64,000 bases of DNA from Armatimonadota bacterium (GCA_029907255.1 JARYMF010000006.1:70426-134425); one strand, 5' to 3'. Counted from the first letter of the stretch, positions 33,786-44,042 are shown. Notes: a model not told the origin generated them from the sequence alone. A program made the numbers and translations.

Positions 33786-34886
33786 TCACTCAAAGAAAGT
33801 ACGAATAGTAGCTGCCACATGGGCAAGTTGTTGCTCTGTAAGTTCGGGAAACACCGGCAAAGAAAGCACTTCACGTGCAGCTTTCTCAGCCTCGGGAAAG
33901 TCGCCTTCCTTGTATCCCAAATAACGATATGCCTCCTCGTAGTGCAAAGGAGTAGGGTAGTATATCCCAGTTTCAATACCTGCTGATTTTAAATAGCTTC
34001 TAAGTTCATCGCGCTGGGTTGTTCTTATTGTATATTGATGATAAACGTGCTTGTTACCTGGCTGTTCTATAGGAATGCTAATACAAGCATCTGCGAAAAG
34101 TTCGTTGTATATTGCTGCGTTATTCCGACGCCTCTCATTCCACCCATCTAGATAGGGAAGCTTGGCTCTGAGTATCGAGGCTTGGAGCTCATCTAGCCGA
34201 CTGCAGTAGCCAATGTGCTTGTAAGAGTAGGTCCCGCCGCTTCCATGAAACCGCAGATATTTGACTTTTTCCGCCAACTCTTGATTATTTGTGAGCACCA
34301 TTCCACCATCGCCTGCTGCGCCAAGATTCTTAGTTGGGAAAAAGCTTAGCGTTACCATATCACCATAGCACCCGATTGGCTTCCCTTTATGTTCTGCGCC
34401 GATGGCTTGGGCGCCGTCGCATACCACATGAACGTTATGGCGCCTAGCAACCTCGAGTATAGAGGTCATATCCGCCGCTTGACCATATAAGTGGACAGGC
34501 ATTATTACTTTCGTTTTTGGGGTGATTTTATCTTCAAGCAATGTTGGGGAGATATTAAAGGTTTTTGGGTCGATATCAACAAATATCGGGCGGGCGCCTA
34601 ATAGAGCTATTACCTCAACAGTCGCCACGAAGGTAAACGGCGTAGTGATTACCTCATCCCCAGCTTTTACTCCAAGCGCTTTAAGCGATAGCGCTAGAGC
34701 ATCCGTCCCCGATGCGACGCCGATTCCATACGCTGAGCCGCAGTACTCGGCTATTTCTTTCTCCAAAGCTGCGACGTTTTCGCCAAGTATATACCGGCCA
34801 TTTTCCATTACAGTCTGAACTGCCTTGTCTATATCAGACCTAATTGACTGATACTGAGCCCTTAAATCAGCCATCGGCACATACAA
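33786..34886 (-). CDS. DegT/DnrJ/EryC1/StrS-family PLP-dependent sugar aminotransferase
   Basis: 366 aa. GSAYGIGVASGTDAL and the PLP lysine region SFFPTKNLGAAGDGG are present. Confidence 0.85.
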   Translation of the reverse strand: MYVPMADLRAQYQSIRSDIDKAVQTVMENGRYILGENVAALEKEIAEYCGSAYGIGVASGTDALALSLKALGVKAGDEVITTPFTFVATVEVIALLGARPIFVDIDPKTFNISPTLLEDKITPKTKVIMPVHLYGQAADMTSILEVARRHNVHVVCDGAQAIGAEHKGKPIGCYGDMVTLSFFPTKNLGAAGDGGMVLTNNQELAEKVKYLRFHGSGGTYSYKHIGYCSRLDELQASILRAKLPYLDGWNERRRNNAAIYNELFADACISIPIEQPGNKHVYHQYTIRTTQRDELRSYLKSAGIETGIYYPTPLHYEEAYRYLGYKEGDFPEAEKAAREVLSLPVFPELTEQQLAHVAATIRTFFE

Positions 34887-34888
34887 CT

Positions 34889-35722
34889 TTAGGAGTCCCC
34901 CTTCGCGACCCTCTCTACTATTGTTGAAAGATGAGGATCAGCCATACATGTTTTAATAAATGCTTCACAGTAGACTTCAAAGTCTCCAATGTCATACCGG
35001 TATTCGTCTTTTCGAGTCGGCACGCACCAAACCCGCTTTCCAGCGGAAATTCCCAGCCTTACCGCATCGGTAATCTGAATCTCGCCCAATGCCCCTGGGC
35101 GCGTCCGCCTTATCCAGTCAAATATCTCTGGTCCGAAGATATATCTCCCACCGATTGCATAATCACTTGGTGATTCTTCGACCGGCGGCTTTTCTATTAC
35201 ATCCGATATTTCAAACGACTCAGCAATTTCGCCCACGGGCTTAACCATGCCATATTTTGGTGCAGTGGTAATCGGCACCTTCTCAACAAGAATGGCTGCG
35301 AACGCCGGGTTTGATTGGTAAGCCGATATCAATCTCCTTACTGGGAAATCATCGTATGGGGAGATTACAACTGTATCCCCCAATGCTACGATAAAATCCT
35401 CTTTGCCTACTAACTCTTCCGCTTGCAAAATTGCATCGGCAAGGCCTTTTTGGGTTTCCTGAACAGCATACGAAATACGAACTTTGCCCTTACAATCCGC
35501 CCTGTCGAAATATTCCCTTATACTTCCTCCGGTTGGAGAAACTACAAATATAATATCTTCTACGCCCACCGCCTGCAACTCCTCTACTATATGCTGGACA
35601 GTCGGCTTGGTTCCAAGCGGCAATAGCACCTTTGGAATGATATTGGTAAGCGGTCTCAGTCTAGTGCCATGCCCAGCAGCAGGAATTACAGCTTTTGTTA
35701 TTAGGGAATTATTGGTAGGCAT
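34889..35722 (-). CDS. UTP-glucose-1-phosphate uridylyltransferase-like nucleotidyltransferase
   Basis: KAVIPAAGHGTRLRPLTNIIPKVLLP matches the GalU motif. Length is 277 aa. Confidence 0.7.
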   Translation of the reverse strand: MPTNNSLITKAVIPAAGHGTRLRPLTNIIPKVLLPLGTKPTVQHIVEELQAVGVEDIIFVVSPTGGSIREYFDRADCKGKVRISYAVQETQKGLADAILQAEELVGKEDFIVALGDTVVISPYDDFPVRRLISAYQSNPAFAAILVEKVPITTAPKYGMVKPVGEIAESFEISDVIEKPPVEESPSDYAIGGRYIFGPEIFDWIRRTRPGALGEIQITDAVRLGISAGKRVWCVPTRKDEYRYDIGDFEVYCEAFIKTCMADPHLSTIVERVAKGDS

Positions 35723-35843
35723 AAGCTTACCTCCGGCGAAAAATCTTGTGGTTCAAGCGAGAATAGTAGGCGAAGGAATAAAAAGCGAGGCCAATCAGCA
35801 CACCCGTGGAAAATCACAGTCCAAATCCTCGGAGACATATAAA

Positions 35844-35920
35844 TGGAGCCGACGATCCGATTCGAACGGACGACCCGCGCATTACGAATGCGCTGCTCTA
35901 CCAGCTGAGCTACGTCGGCC
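35844..35920 (-). tRNA. tRNA-Thr (anticodon CGU)
   Basis: Reverse complement GCCGACGTAGCTCAGCTGGTAGAGCAGCGCATTCGTAATGCGCGGGTCGTCCGTTCGAATCGGATCGTCGGCTCCA folds as a cloverleaf with anticodon loop TTCGTAA. Confidence 0.85.
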
Positions 35921-35947
35921 CGCACTACCGCTCTGATGATACCAGGT

Positions 35948-36023
35948 TGGTGCCGGGACCCAGAATCGAACTGGGGACACGTGGATTTTCAGTCCACTGC
36001 TCTACCAACTGAGCTATCCCGGC
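35948..36023 (-). tRNA. tRNA-Phe (anticodon GAA)
   Basis: GCCGGGATAGCTCAGTTGGTAGAGCAGTGGACTGAAAATCCAC...TTCGATTCTGGGTCCCGGCACCA, with anticodon loop CTGAAAA. Confidence 0.9.
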
Positions 36024-36072
36024 ACTACTCCGCGGTAAAGGCTATCGGCAAAGTCAGCTTTCAAATTAAAAA

Positions 36073-36151
36073 TGGCGGGGATGACGGGACTTGAACCCGC
36101 GGCCTCCTGCGTGACAGGCAGGCGCTCTAAACCGTACTGAGCTACACCCCC
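36073..36151 (-). tRNA. tRNA-Asp (anticodon GUC)
   Basis: GGGGGTGTAGCTCAGTACGGTTTAGAGCGCCTGCCTGTCACGCAGGAGG...GGGTTCAAGTCCCGTCATCCCCGCCA, with anticodon loop CTGTCAC. Confidence 0.85.
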
Positions 36152-36218
36152 GTGTGTAGCCAAAAGTCAAAAGTGAGGAAACCCTTCTTGTGCTCCTTCA
36201 GCTTTTGCTTGGCTTCGT

Positions 36219-36293
36219 TGGTGGGCGAAACAGGGCTCGAACCTGTGACCTCTTCCTTGTAAGGGAAGCGCTCTCCCAACTGAGCTATTCGCC
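36219..36293 (-). tRNA. tRNA-Val (anticodon UAC)
   Basis: GGGCGAATAGCTCAGTTGGGAGAGCGCTTCCCTTACAAGGAAGAGGTCACAGGTTCGAGCCCTGTTTCGCCCACCA, with anticodon loop CTTACAA. Confidence 0.85.
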
Positions 36294-36826
36294 CGCGTCC
36301 GGTAATCAATCCCGGACCCTCTTCACTGCGTAGTATATCAACACTACGCCCAGCTGTCAATAAAAACAGGTACTGCCACCTGCTTGATTTTCTCAATCAA
36401 AGCGATTTACGCAATCAAAGTATAGCATCCTGCGAGAAATATGTCAAGATAAAACACACTCTTTTACATCATCCGAGTACATGTAAATTGCGCTCCAAAT
36501 TTATTTTCCACAGACTGTAAATACAACTGCGACTGTCAGAAACTATGCGCAGTCGTTGGTAAAAAGTATGCAGAAAGTCTGCCATGAGCAAGAATTAAAC
36601 GCTGGTGAAAAAGACTTTCTATCACACCATTTGCTTGTTTTCTGCTATGCGGTTCGGCTTAAATGCGAATTAGCATCAGCTGCTTGACAATGCGACCGAG
36701 AAAAGCTACACTTCGATTACACTTCGAGCCGGCAGGCGATAACGTAACGGCACTAGTTTCCAATTTTATGTATCTTAACGAAAAATTATAGGTGTAAGTA
36801 ACGCTGGCTTTTCCCATCAGTCGCCA

Positions 36827-38632
36827 GTGCATTTGTACACTTTTAATACTAGGCTAATATGCGAAAAGGGAGCAATTAGCGTGAGTTACACAAAAGCATC
36901 CTATCCTTTATTTTTCCCTGCTTTTCCCCACCTATTCCTGATAACCACAATGGCTTGCATTGGGCTGCTAGCCCACCATGCTTCTTATGCAACGGAGGTC
37001 AAGCCGATGATTGGAGTCTACTACTTTCCAGGCTGGTATCGTGCCGCCAAGAATCCATCAGGCGAAACAAGCGAATGGCGGTCAGCAATTATGAAGGCCG
37101 CCGTTCCACGACCGCTATGTGGATTCTATAACGATGCAGACCCTCGGCTATGGAAGTACTACATTACCTGGATGTCCTCCCACGGAATAGATTTTATTGC
37201 TTTCGATTGGTATTACAACGCCGGCCAGGAATTCCTCTACGAATCACTGGACCGCGGGTTCCTGCAAGCCAAGAATGCAAAAGACATCAAGTTTTGCATT
37301 CACTGGTGCAATCACGGCGGTGGATGGTGGCTTAAGCCGCTTGACCAAACAAAGCCTGCTATTCTCGAGATGACAGACCTCTTATGTGCAAGATACTTCC
37401 ATCGCCCGAACTACTTGAAAATAAACGGATGCCCAGTATTCATGATATATGACATACGCCAGCTTCTTAGCTTTGGCGGCCCTGATGTTCTCAAGGATAC
37501 GCTGGCCGCAATGAGGAAACGCGCAAAAGAAAATGGCTTCAAGGGCCTCTACCTTGTAGCGCTATACCATGGTAGCTCCCGCGAATATATGTCCATGTTA
37601 AAAGAAATAGGCTTTGACGCTTTCACCGCCTACACGTACTCATGGATGCGCCCTCCAAGCGTAGTATGGAATACTGAAGCTGTGCCTTATCCTGACCTTG
37701 CTGTGATGCTTTCCGATTGCTTTTACGAGCAGGTCAAAAAAGATAGCATGAAGGCAGGCATTCCATATTGGCCAGCGACGTTCCCAGGATGGGATGACCG
37801 TCCGCGCCGTGGTTTAGAAAATGCCTTCATGAACGTCGGAAGCACGCCTAAAGCATTTGAAATAATGTTCAGGGGCGCACTCAAGCAAATCAATCCAGCA
37901 TCTCCAGTCGTGATGATTGAGGCTTGGAATGAATGGGGCGAGGGCGCTTGTATCGAGCCATCGAAGGAACATGGCTTCGGATTCCTCAAGGTTTTGGCAA
38001 ATGTGCTTGGCAAACGGTCGCCTAACGAGTCACTTCCAACTGCACAGGAGATTGAATCGTGGAGCGTGCTCACGCCCGATGAGCTGAAGGTTGCCAAGGA
38101 AAACGAGCTAAAGCCGTGGCCCAGCAAAAAACCGAAATTGGCGCGGCGTGGGAGGAGTTTTGACGTACCCGAAGTAAAAATGCCGTATATTATAGACTTT
38201 GCCACCGGCGGCATAACAATGGAGGATGTTTGGCTCGATAACATATCTGCCATAGAAAGGACACCTGAAGGAACTATATTCGAAGCGAAGGGCAGCGACC
38301 CAAAGATTGTACTTCCTGAGATGCGAATTCCAACGCACCAGATAAAGCACATCACTATAGAAGGGAAGATAATAAGCAATACAACCGATATCGAGCAACG
38401 CGATATGGAGATTTACTGGTCTACTGGCCTAATGCCAGAGTTCTGTGGGTTCGCTTCTGCTAATGTTTCTTGGCCAACAAAAGGATACCCAACGGTTGAC
38501 ATATCAGAGATAGTCTGCTGGGGGAAAACGGGCACACCTCTACTTAGGCTAAGAATCGATCCTTGTGCCAACGCAGGTGCTGGCGTTCGTTTTCTTATCC
38601 GCAGAGTGATTATTTCAGGAGATTTACATTAA
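36827..38632 (+). CDS. WbsX-like glycosyltransferase/glycoside-hydrolase-like TIM-barrel protein with C-terminal beta-sandwich
   Basis: IGVYYFPGWY...SEW...HGIDFIAFDWYYN resembles the Glyco_tran_WbsX N-terminal signature. A probable signal peptide sits around MACIGLLAHHASYA, and the true start is unclear. Confidence 0.4.
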   Translation: MHLYTFNTRLICEKGAISVSYTKASYPLFFPAFPHLFLITTMACIGLLAHHASYATEVKPMIGVYYFPGWYRAAKNPSGETSEWRSAIMKAAVPRPLCGFYNDADPRLWKYYITWMSSHGIDFIAFDWYYNAGQEFLYESLDRGFLQAKNAKDIKFCIHWCNHGGGWWLKPLDQTKPAILEMTDLLCARYFHRPNYLKINGCPVFMIYDIRQLLSFGGPDVLKDTLAAMRKRAKENGFKGLYLVALYHGSSREYMSMLKEIGFDAFTAYTYSWMRPPSVVWNTEAVPYPDLAVMLSDCFYEQVKKDSMKAGIPYWPATFPGWDDRPRRGLENAFMNVGSTPKAFEIMFRGALKQINPASPVVMIEAWNEWGEGACIEPSKEHGFGFLKVLANVLGKRSPNESLPTAQEIESWSVLTPDELKVAKENELKPWPSKKPKLARRGRSFDVPEVKMPYIIDFATGGITMEDVWLDNISAIERTPEGTIFEAKGSDPKIVLPEMRIPTHQIKHITIEGKIISNTTDIEQRDMEIYWSTGLMPEFCGFASANVSWPTKGYPTVDISEIVCWGKTGTPLLRLRIDPCANAGAGVRFLIRRVIISGDLH

Positions 38633-38634
38633 GC

Positions 38635-40635
38635 ATGAGATTGATAATCTTCGGAGTGCTAGCAATGTTGATAAGCATGTCGGATGCAAATGCCGGCAAA
38701 TATTCGGGGCGCTATTGCGAGGGGAAGGGCGATGTAGCGTTCCTGCAATTGATTGACCAATCCTTCGGCTTCTTCCATGCAAATCCAGATACCCAAAATA
38801 TTTCTATGCTTTATTACCCAGAGTGGGACTGCTTGATTGAGGGATTTCCGACATGGATGGCATGGTGGGTTCAGAACAGCTACGGGCCAACATATTGCTC
38901 ACTACCATTTCTGCAGGAACCATACCTGACGTTCCTTCAACACTCGCAAGATATGTGGTTTAAGCACCAAGGAGATGGAAAGACAAAACGCGAACACGAC
39001 CTCATAGGGCCGGATGGGTGCTTATGTGACTGTGCATTTCCAACCGGCGCCCATATGGTACAGGGCGACTGCAATTGGCCAATCCATGATTGGGGTTTTG
39101 AGTTCACCGCTGCTGGCGTGGTAATGCAGGCAGAACTACTTCTTATCCAGCGAGATAAGGCTGCAATAAAAAAGTACTTGCCAAACTTAGAGCGAGCATG
39201 CAACTTTATAGAAACTAGGCGTGATGCTAATGGCCTTTTTCTAGTGGGCCCAGCGGCTAATCTCCTAGCACCGAGCTATGGAGGCATACGACAGCCAGAT
39301 GGAAGCTTTGGTAGAGGATATCTAGCCGGACTTTCGGTTAATTACATCGCTGCATGTGACCGTATGATTGAGCTATTTAAGCTTGTCGGCGACAAGGAAA
39401 AGGCAAAGCTTTATGAGCAACGGCGTAAAATAACAAGAGATTCCCTGCCGCTGCTTATGACTTCGGAGGGCTATTTCGTCAAATCAATGGAGGTTAATGG
39501 AACAAAACACGGCGTATTTGGCAATGAGAAATATGGTTACTTTGAAGTTGCCCCTAATGTTGATGCCATATGTTTCCGCGTTGTGGATGAGGCCCAGGCC
39601 AATAAAATTTACGCGAAGATTGCTTCAATTCCTCAGCTCCGACCGCATGACTTTCTCATAACAAACTATCCTTCGCTTGACGATACATATGAAGCATGGG
39701 ATAGTACGAATCTAAATGGTCTTTGGGAATACGGCAGATGGGTTAACGGCGGCGTATGGTCCACCATGGAAGCCCGAGCAATAATTGCCTACTACCGACT
39801 AGGAAAATATGAGGATGTCTGGTGTTCAAATCTTCAATCCATGAAGTTCGTGCGGGATTACCAGATGGATGCACCGCTGACCAATTTTGGGGACGATATC
39901 TGGTTTAAGGATAGGCTAACCAACCTATGCTACGACGCCTTGGGAATCCCCGCCGCAACTATCCGTGGGCTTTTCGAATATGTATACAAAGCCGACAGCT
40001 TGACACTCTACCCGCACTTGCCGGCTTTCATAAGCGAATATGTTCAAAAGGAGCCCATACGTTTCGGAGAAAAGCGAATTTTCATAGCTGTCAAAAACAA
40101 CGGTCCGGAGGTCAAAACAGTTAAAGTTAATGGGAAAATCATAACTCAGACCGAAAAAGACCGGGTTGTCCTACCATTTGCCTCGCTGCCGAAACGGGCC
40201 CAAGTAGAGATTACAATGACAGGCGAGTGGCCTCGAGACGCAGTTAAAAAATTGAATTATAAGTCAGCAGAAGGGATTTTTGGAATCAAACTTGCAAATA
40301 AGCCAAAGCCTTCGGAGTCATTCACCAAACCTCTACTCTCAGCGCTTAACTCGATGATGAACCTCATAAAAGAGGAATCTAACGTCGATTATGAGCTTGC
40401 ATTTCTAACGGAAACCATTAACGCCCTTCAAGCCTATGATGAAAGAGTTGCGAGGGATGCGGCAGGAGAATATCGGCAATTCAGTCCAGAAAAACGAGTG
40501 GCAATCTTAAACATGTATAAGAATGCTGCCATGAACATGTATAATGGGTTTGATTCCCTAATGAAGCGCTATGCCTCCTCGAACGATCCCCAAAAAAGGA
40601 AGCTTTCGACATTATATTCAAAATTACAGGAGTAA
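38635..40635 (+). CDS. secreted hypothetical protein, possibly an (alpha/alpha)6 glycoside hydrolase
   Basis: Signal peptide MRLIIFGVLAMLISMSDANA. The Trp/Tyr-rich segment WEYGRWVNGGVWSTMEARAIIAYY suggests a six-hairpin glycosidase. The track ORF starts 24 codons upstream and overlaps the previous gene. Confidence 0.4.
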   Translation: MRLIIFGVLAMLISMSDANAGKYSGRYCEGKGDVAFLQLIDQSFGFFHANPDTQNISMLYYPEWDCLIEGFPTWMAWWVQNSYGPTYCSLPFLQEPYLTFLQHSQDMWFKHQGDGKTKREHDLIGPDGCLCDCAFPTGAHMVQGDCNWPIHDWGFEFTAAGVVMQAELLLIQRDKAAIKKYLPNLERACNFIETRRDANGLFLVGPAANLLAPSYGGIRQPDGSFGRGYLAGLSVNYIAACDRMIELFKLVGDKEKAKLYEQRRKITRDSLPLLMTSEGYFVKSMEVNGTKHGVFGNEKYGYFEVAPNVDAICFRVVDEAQANKIYAKIASIPQLRPHDFLITNYPSLDDTYEAWDSTNLNGLWEYGRWVNGGVWSTMEARAIIAYYRLGKYEDVWCSNLQSMKFVRDYQMDAPLTNFGDDIWFKDRLTNLCYDALGIPAATIRGLFEYVYKADSLTLYPHLPAFISEYVQKEPIRFGEKRIFIAVKNNGPEVKTVKVNGKIITQTEKDRVVLPFASLPKRAQVEITMTGEWPRDAVKKLNYKSAEGIFGIKLANKPKPSESFTKPLLSALNSMMNLIKEESNVDYELAFLTETINALQAYDERVARDAAGEYRQFSPEKRVAILNMYKNAAMNMYNGFDSLMKRYASSNDPQKRKLSTLYSKLQE

Positions 40636-40644
40636 GGATTTCAA

Positions 40645-41124
40645 ATGGCTGATATGCTCGTTCATCTTTTAAATCTACCCGACGACCGTGAAGACATGGA
40701 GCGACTCATGGCTGAGGGCATTATCATTAGACGTGCGCGCCCACTCGAACGCTCGGTTGTTCGTAGGTACGTGCTCAGCAAATGGTCTGAGGTCTGGGCA
40801 GACGAAGCCGACACCGCTTTTTCCTCTCAACCGCCTACAATTTTCATCGCCACTCACGAGAAAAAGATCATCGGCTTTGGCTGTTATGAAGTAACGTGCC
40901 GTGGGTTCTTTGGGCCAACTGGAGTGAATGAGGAATATAGGGGCAAGGGGATTGGCAAGGTTATCCTCATAGAGTGCCTGCGGGCGATGAGGGAAATGGG
41001 ATATGCTTACGCCATAATAGGCGGTGTTGGGCCAGTGGATTTCTACTCAAAGTGCGTCGGTGCTACCTTAATCCCTGACAGTACACCTGGCATATACACT
41101 GATATGCTTCAGCGCGATGAATAA
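40645..41124 (+). CDS. GNAT-family N-acetyltransferase
   Basis: 159 aa with the acetyl-CoA-binding motif RGKGIGKVILIECLRAM. Confidence 0.7.
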   Translation: MADMLVHLLNLPDDREDMERLMAEGIIIRRARPLERSVVRRYVLSKWSEVWADEADTAFSSQPPTIFIATHEKKIIGFGCYEVTCRGFFGPTGVNEEYRGKGIGKVILIECLRAMREMGYAYAIIGGVGPVDFYSKCVGATLIPDSTPGIYTDMLQRDE

Positions 41125-41302
41125 AAAGTTCGACACGTTATTAATGCCCAGGCGATACTTGAACCATTTGATACTCTACAACAATAGTATTTCTTTTATC
41201 TCCAATTTTCTGTAGTTAAATAACTAAAGGATTTTTGCGCTAGGTTGGTTAACCTTTTTACAGTTTATCGTATATTGTTTTTGCTGTAGATAAATAGGGG
41301 AG

Positions 41303-41767
41303 GTGGAAATGAAAGTAGGAGAATTGATAAGACAAAATATACCAACCGCAACATTCGACACCACTCTCGAAAAGGCAGTTTCAATGCTTGCCGAGTCGGA
41401 CATCAGCGGCATCCCAGTTGTAGATAATGACGGCAAACTTGCAGGCATTGTTACCGAACATGACGTTATGAAACTGGTACTACCCGCATATGAAATAGTA
41501 AAGCCCGACGAATCTAGCAAAATGGACTATGATTTTTTAATGGCAGCGCGGGCTGAACAGGTGCGAAATAAACCTGTTTCTTCTTTTATGACGAAGGACG
41601 TCGTAGCGATAGGTGAAGATTATCCGCTTATTTCCGCAATTTCAATAATGCTGATGAAAAGGCTCAAAGTGCTCCCGGTCACCCGCGAGGGGGCGCCGAT
41701 CGGCATAATTACTCGAATTGACCTTGCGCAGGCGGTTTTGCGCTTAAAAGACGAAAAACTGCAATAA
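41303..41767 (+). CDS. CBS-pair domain protein
   Basis: 154 aa with two CBS motifs (GIPVVDNDGKLAGIVTEHDV and LKVLPVTREGAPIGIITRIDL). Confidence 0.75.
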   Translation: MEMKVGELIRQNIPTATFDTTLEKAVSMLAESDISGIPVVDNDGKLAGIVTEHDVMKLVLPAYEIVKPDESSKMDYDFLMAARAEQVRNKPVSSFMTKDVVAIGEDYPLISAISIMLMKRLKVLPVTREGAPIGIITRIDLAQAVLRLKDEKLQ

Positions 41768-41772
41768 ATAAA

Positions 41773-41812
41773 AAGAGCCTCGGCGGTTCTTTTTGCCGAG
41801 GCTCTAAAAAAC
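41773..41812. terminator. rho-independent terminator (bidirectional: CBS gene + / rplY -)
   Basis: AGAGCCTCGGC-ggttcttttt-GCCGAGGCTCT, with an 11 bp stem flanked by A/T runs on both sides. Confidence 0.65.
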
Positions 41813-41830
41813 ACGATATTCCCAATATAA

Positions 41831-42490
41831 TTAGGACTCCTTTGCCTTTTCCGATGATTCCTCGGTTGGAGCCGCTGGAGCTTCCTCGGCAACTTCGGGA
41901 GCGGGCGCCACCTCTTCAACCCTCACGGCCGGCATTCTCACTGTGGCAACAACGATATCCGAAGGTGGCCCTAGCACTTCAATGTCTTCCGGCACTACTA
42001 GGTCGCCCACGTGCACCGATTCGCCCAGCTCAAGCTTTGAGACGTCTACATCAATGTGCGGTGGTATATGGTCAGGTAACGCCTTAACTTCGAGCTCACG
42101 TACGAATTGCTCAAGAATCCCACCTTGCTTCTGTCCGGGCGCCTCCCCAACCAGCACGAGCGGTACTGATGCATGCACTGGCTCGTTTAGGGAAACTCTG
42201 TGAAAGTCAACATGGATTATTTTCTTCGTAATTGGATTCCTCTGAATTTCTTGAATTAGCACAGGGTGAGCTTTTGATGTTTTGCCATCAACTTTTAGGT
42301 CTATTAATGCAAGCCGCCCACCTGGCGATTTGAGAATTTGCTCAAATTCCTCGCTCTCTATCTCTATCGCCTTCGGTTCAAAATCCTTGCCATATACTGT
42401 AGCAGGTATCTTGCCCTCACGCCGGAGCTTTTTCGTGTAGCTTTTCAATAGGCTCTGCCTACTCCGTGCAGAGAGTTGTAGCCTGGTCAT
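41831..42490 (-). CDS. rplY: 50S ribosomal protein L25 / general stress protein Ctc
   Basis: 219 aa. N-terminus MTRLQLSARSRQSLLKSYTKKLRREGKIPATVYG, a beta-barrel domain and an acidic/Ala-Pro-rich C-terminal extension typical of the Ctc form. Confidence 0.85.
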   Translation of the reverse strand: MTRLQLSARSRQSLLKSYTKKLRREGKIPATVYGKDFEPKAIEIESEEFEQILKSPGGRLALIDLKVDGKTSKAHPVLIQEIQRNPITKKIIHVDFHRVSLNEPVHASVPLVLVGEAPGQKQGGILEQFVRELEVKALPDHIPPHIDVDVSKLELGESVHVGDLVVPEDIEVLGPPSDIVVATVRMPAVRVEEVAPAPEVAEEAPAAPTEESSEKAKES

Positions 42491-42686
42491 GATATCATTC
42501 TCCTTAACAAAGGTTGAAAAATCAATACATAAGCGTAAAACACCGAGCTGTAGTATATACTATGCATTCCCTAAAGTCAAGTAGTCCCCCAATAGTTCAC
42601 AGTTTTTGAACCCATATTCAACGAACTTCAAACAAAAGCGACATGAAACTCCCATTGTTCGCTTTGAAGTTTAAATGGAAGCATAA

Positions 42687-42713
42687 GAGGGTAGCTTTTT
42701 GGCTACCCTCTTA
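42687..42713. terminator. stem-loop downstream of galT (-) / upstream of rplY (-)
   Basis: AAGAGGGTAGC-ttttg-GCTACCCTCTT, a perfect 11 bp stem. The U-tract is weak. A second imperfect hairpin lies at 42622..42672. Confidence 0.4.
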
Positions 42714-42746
42714 TGCCTTTAGATTGTGGGTATTGTAAGCGGACTT

Positions 42747-43838
42747 TCAGTGGACACAAACTTCGGCTTTATCCTTCTCAGTATCGGATTTGCCGCCCGT
42801 GTTGTCTGGCTGCTTTGCTGCATCTCTAAGGTGCTTCGCAGCATCCTCAGGTGCCGTTACGTTTATGTATATGCCCGTCCCCATCTCAAAGCCTGCTGCG
42901 ATGGTGAGCCTGGGGGCTATCTCAAGATGCCAATGGAAAGTGTGATCTTTTTCGGCATCAAATGGTGCCGTGTGCAGAGTATAGTTGTATGGCGGATAGT
43001 TCAGGCACTTTCCTATCATTTGCAGTGCTCTCTGGACTACATCTGCGAATGCAGGAATTATCTCTTGGCTCTCGGCAAATGACTTATAGTGCCTCTTCGG
43101 CATGATCCAGGTTTCAAACGGGAATTTTGGCGCAAACGGCTCAAATGCAATGAAGTCCTCTGTCTCCACAATCACTCTTTGACCAAAGTTAAGTTCCTGG
43201 CGAATCATGTCGCAAAAAATGCATCGGTCATGATAATCATAGTATCTTTCGGCGCCAACAATTTCTTGTTTCACTTCCATCGGAACCATGGGCAGGGCAA
43301 TCAGCTGGGAATGAGGATGTTCGAGGGATGCGCCGGCTACCTTCCCATGATTGCGGAATATTAGGATATACTTGAATCTAGGATCTTTCCTCAAGTCAAG
43401 TATTCTCTGGTGGCAAGCCCACCATACTTCCTGCGCTTGGCGAGATGATATGGTAGCCATGCACTTGTCGTGCTCCGGAGTCTCAATGATTACCTCATGT
43501 GCCCCTACCGCATTCATGAAATCATACATCCCAACGCCACCCCGGTCGAGGTCTCCCTCAATAGCCAGTGCAGGGAATTTGTTAGATACCACCCTTACCC
43601 ACCAACCTGGGCTGTTAGGTGGACTTCCCGGAGGACGGAAAGCCAGCACCTCAGGCGGAGTCATTTCCTCATTCCCTGGACAAAACGGGCAAGTGGCGCT
43701 GAATGCCGGTCTTTGTGAGGTATTCTCGGCTTGGGAAAAATCGGATGGTCTCTTGCTACGCTCGGTGGCTATGATCACCCATTCCCTCGTTACCGGGTTT
43801 TTTCTCAACTGCGGCATCCTTGTCTCCTTTGCTGTCAA
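42747..43838 (-). CDS. galT: galactose-1-phosphate uridylyltransferase family (HIT superfamily)
   Basis: N-terminal RKNPVTREWVIIATERSKRP, zinc site CPFCPGNE and active-site HPHSQL. Length is 363 aa. Confidence 0.8.
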   Translation of the reverse strand: MTAKETRMPQLRKNPVTREWVIIATERSKRPSDFSQAENTSQRPAFSATCPFCPGNEEMTPPEVLAFRPPGSPPNSPGWWVRVVSNKFPALAIEGDLDRGGVGMYDFMNAVGAHEVIIETPEHDKCMATISSRQAQEVWWACHQRILDLRKDPRFKYILIFRNHGKVAGASLEHPHSQLIALPMVPMEVKQEIVGAERYYDYHDRCIFCDMIRQELNFGQRVIVETEDFIAFEPFAPKFPFETWIMPKRHYKSFAESQEIIPAFADVVQRALQMIGKCLNYPPYNYTLHTAPFDAEKDHTFHWHLEIAPRLTIAAGFEMGTGIYINVTAPEDAAKHLRDAAKQPDNTGGKSDTEKDKAEVCVH

Positions 43839-44012
43839 TCCTACTAAAATTTGCCAGGAGGCTCAATCAATATTGTCGGAAAGGTTTGCGCTCGACTATA
43901 GGTCAGAAACGAAGGTTTAGAAAGATATTTAACTTTTAAGGACGAAAACTGTGCTTTGGTAAGCGGAATGCATCGCAATGGCAGCATTCTACTGAAGAGT
44001 CGTTTATGCTGT

Positions 44013-44042
44013 TGACAAGACGACTTTTTAAAAAGTATAATG
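44013..44042 (+). promoter_or_regulatory. sigma-70 promoter TTGACA-18-TATAAT driving the ileS leader
   Basis: Consensus hexamers were read directly. There is no ORF between this promoter and ileS. Confidence 0.5.

Noticed and set aside
35701-36396. Track ORFs 35701..35925(-), 35806..36012(+) and 36142..36396(-)
   Set aside because: They overlap four clearly folding tRNA genes (Thr, Phe, Asp, Val) and are artefacts of the six-frame translation.
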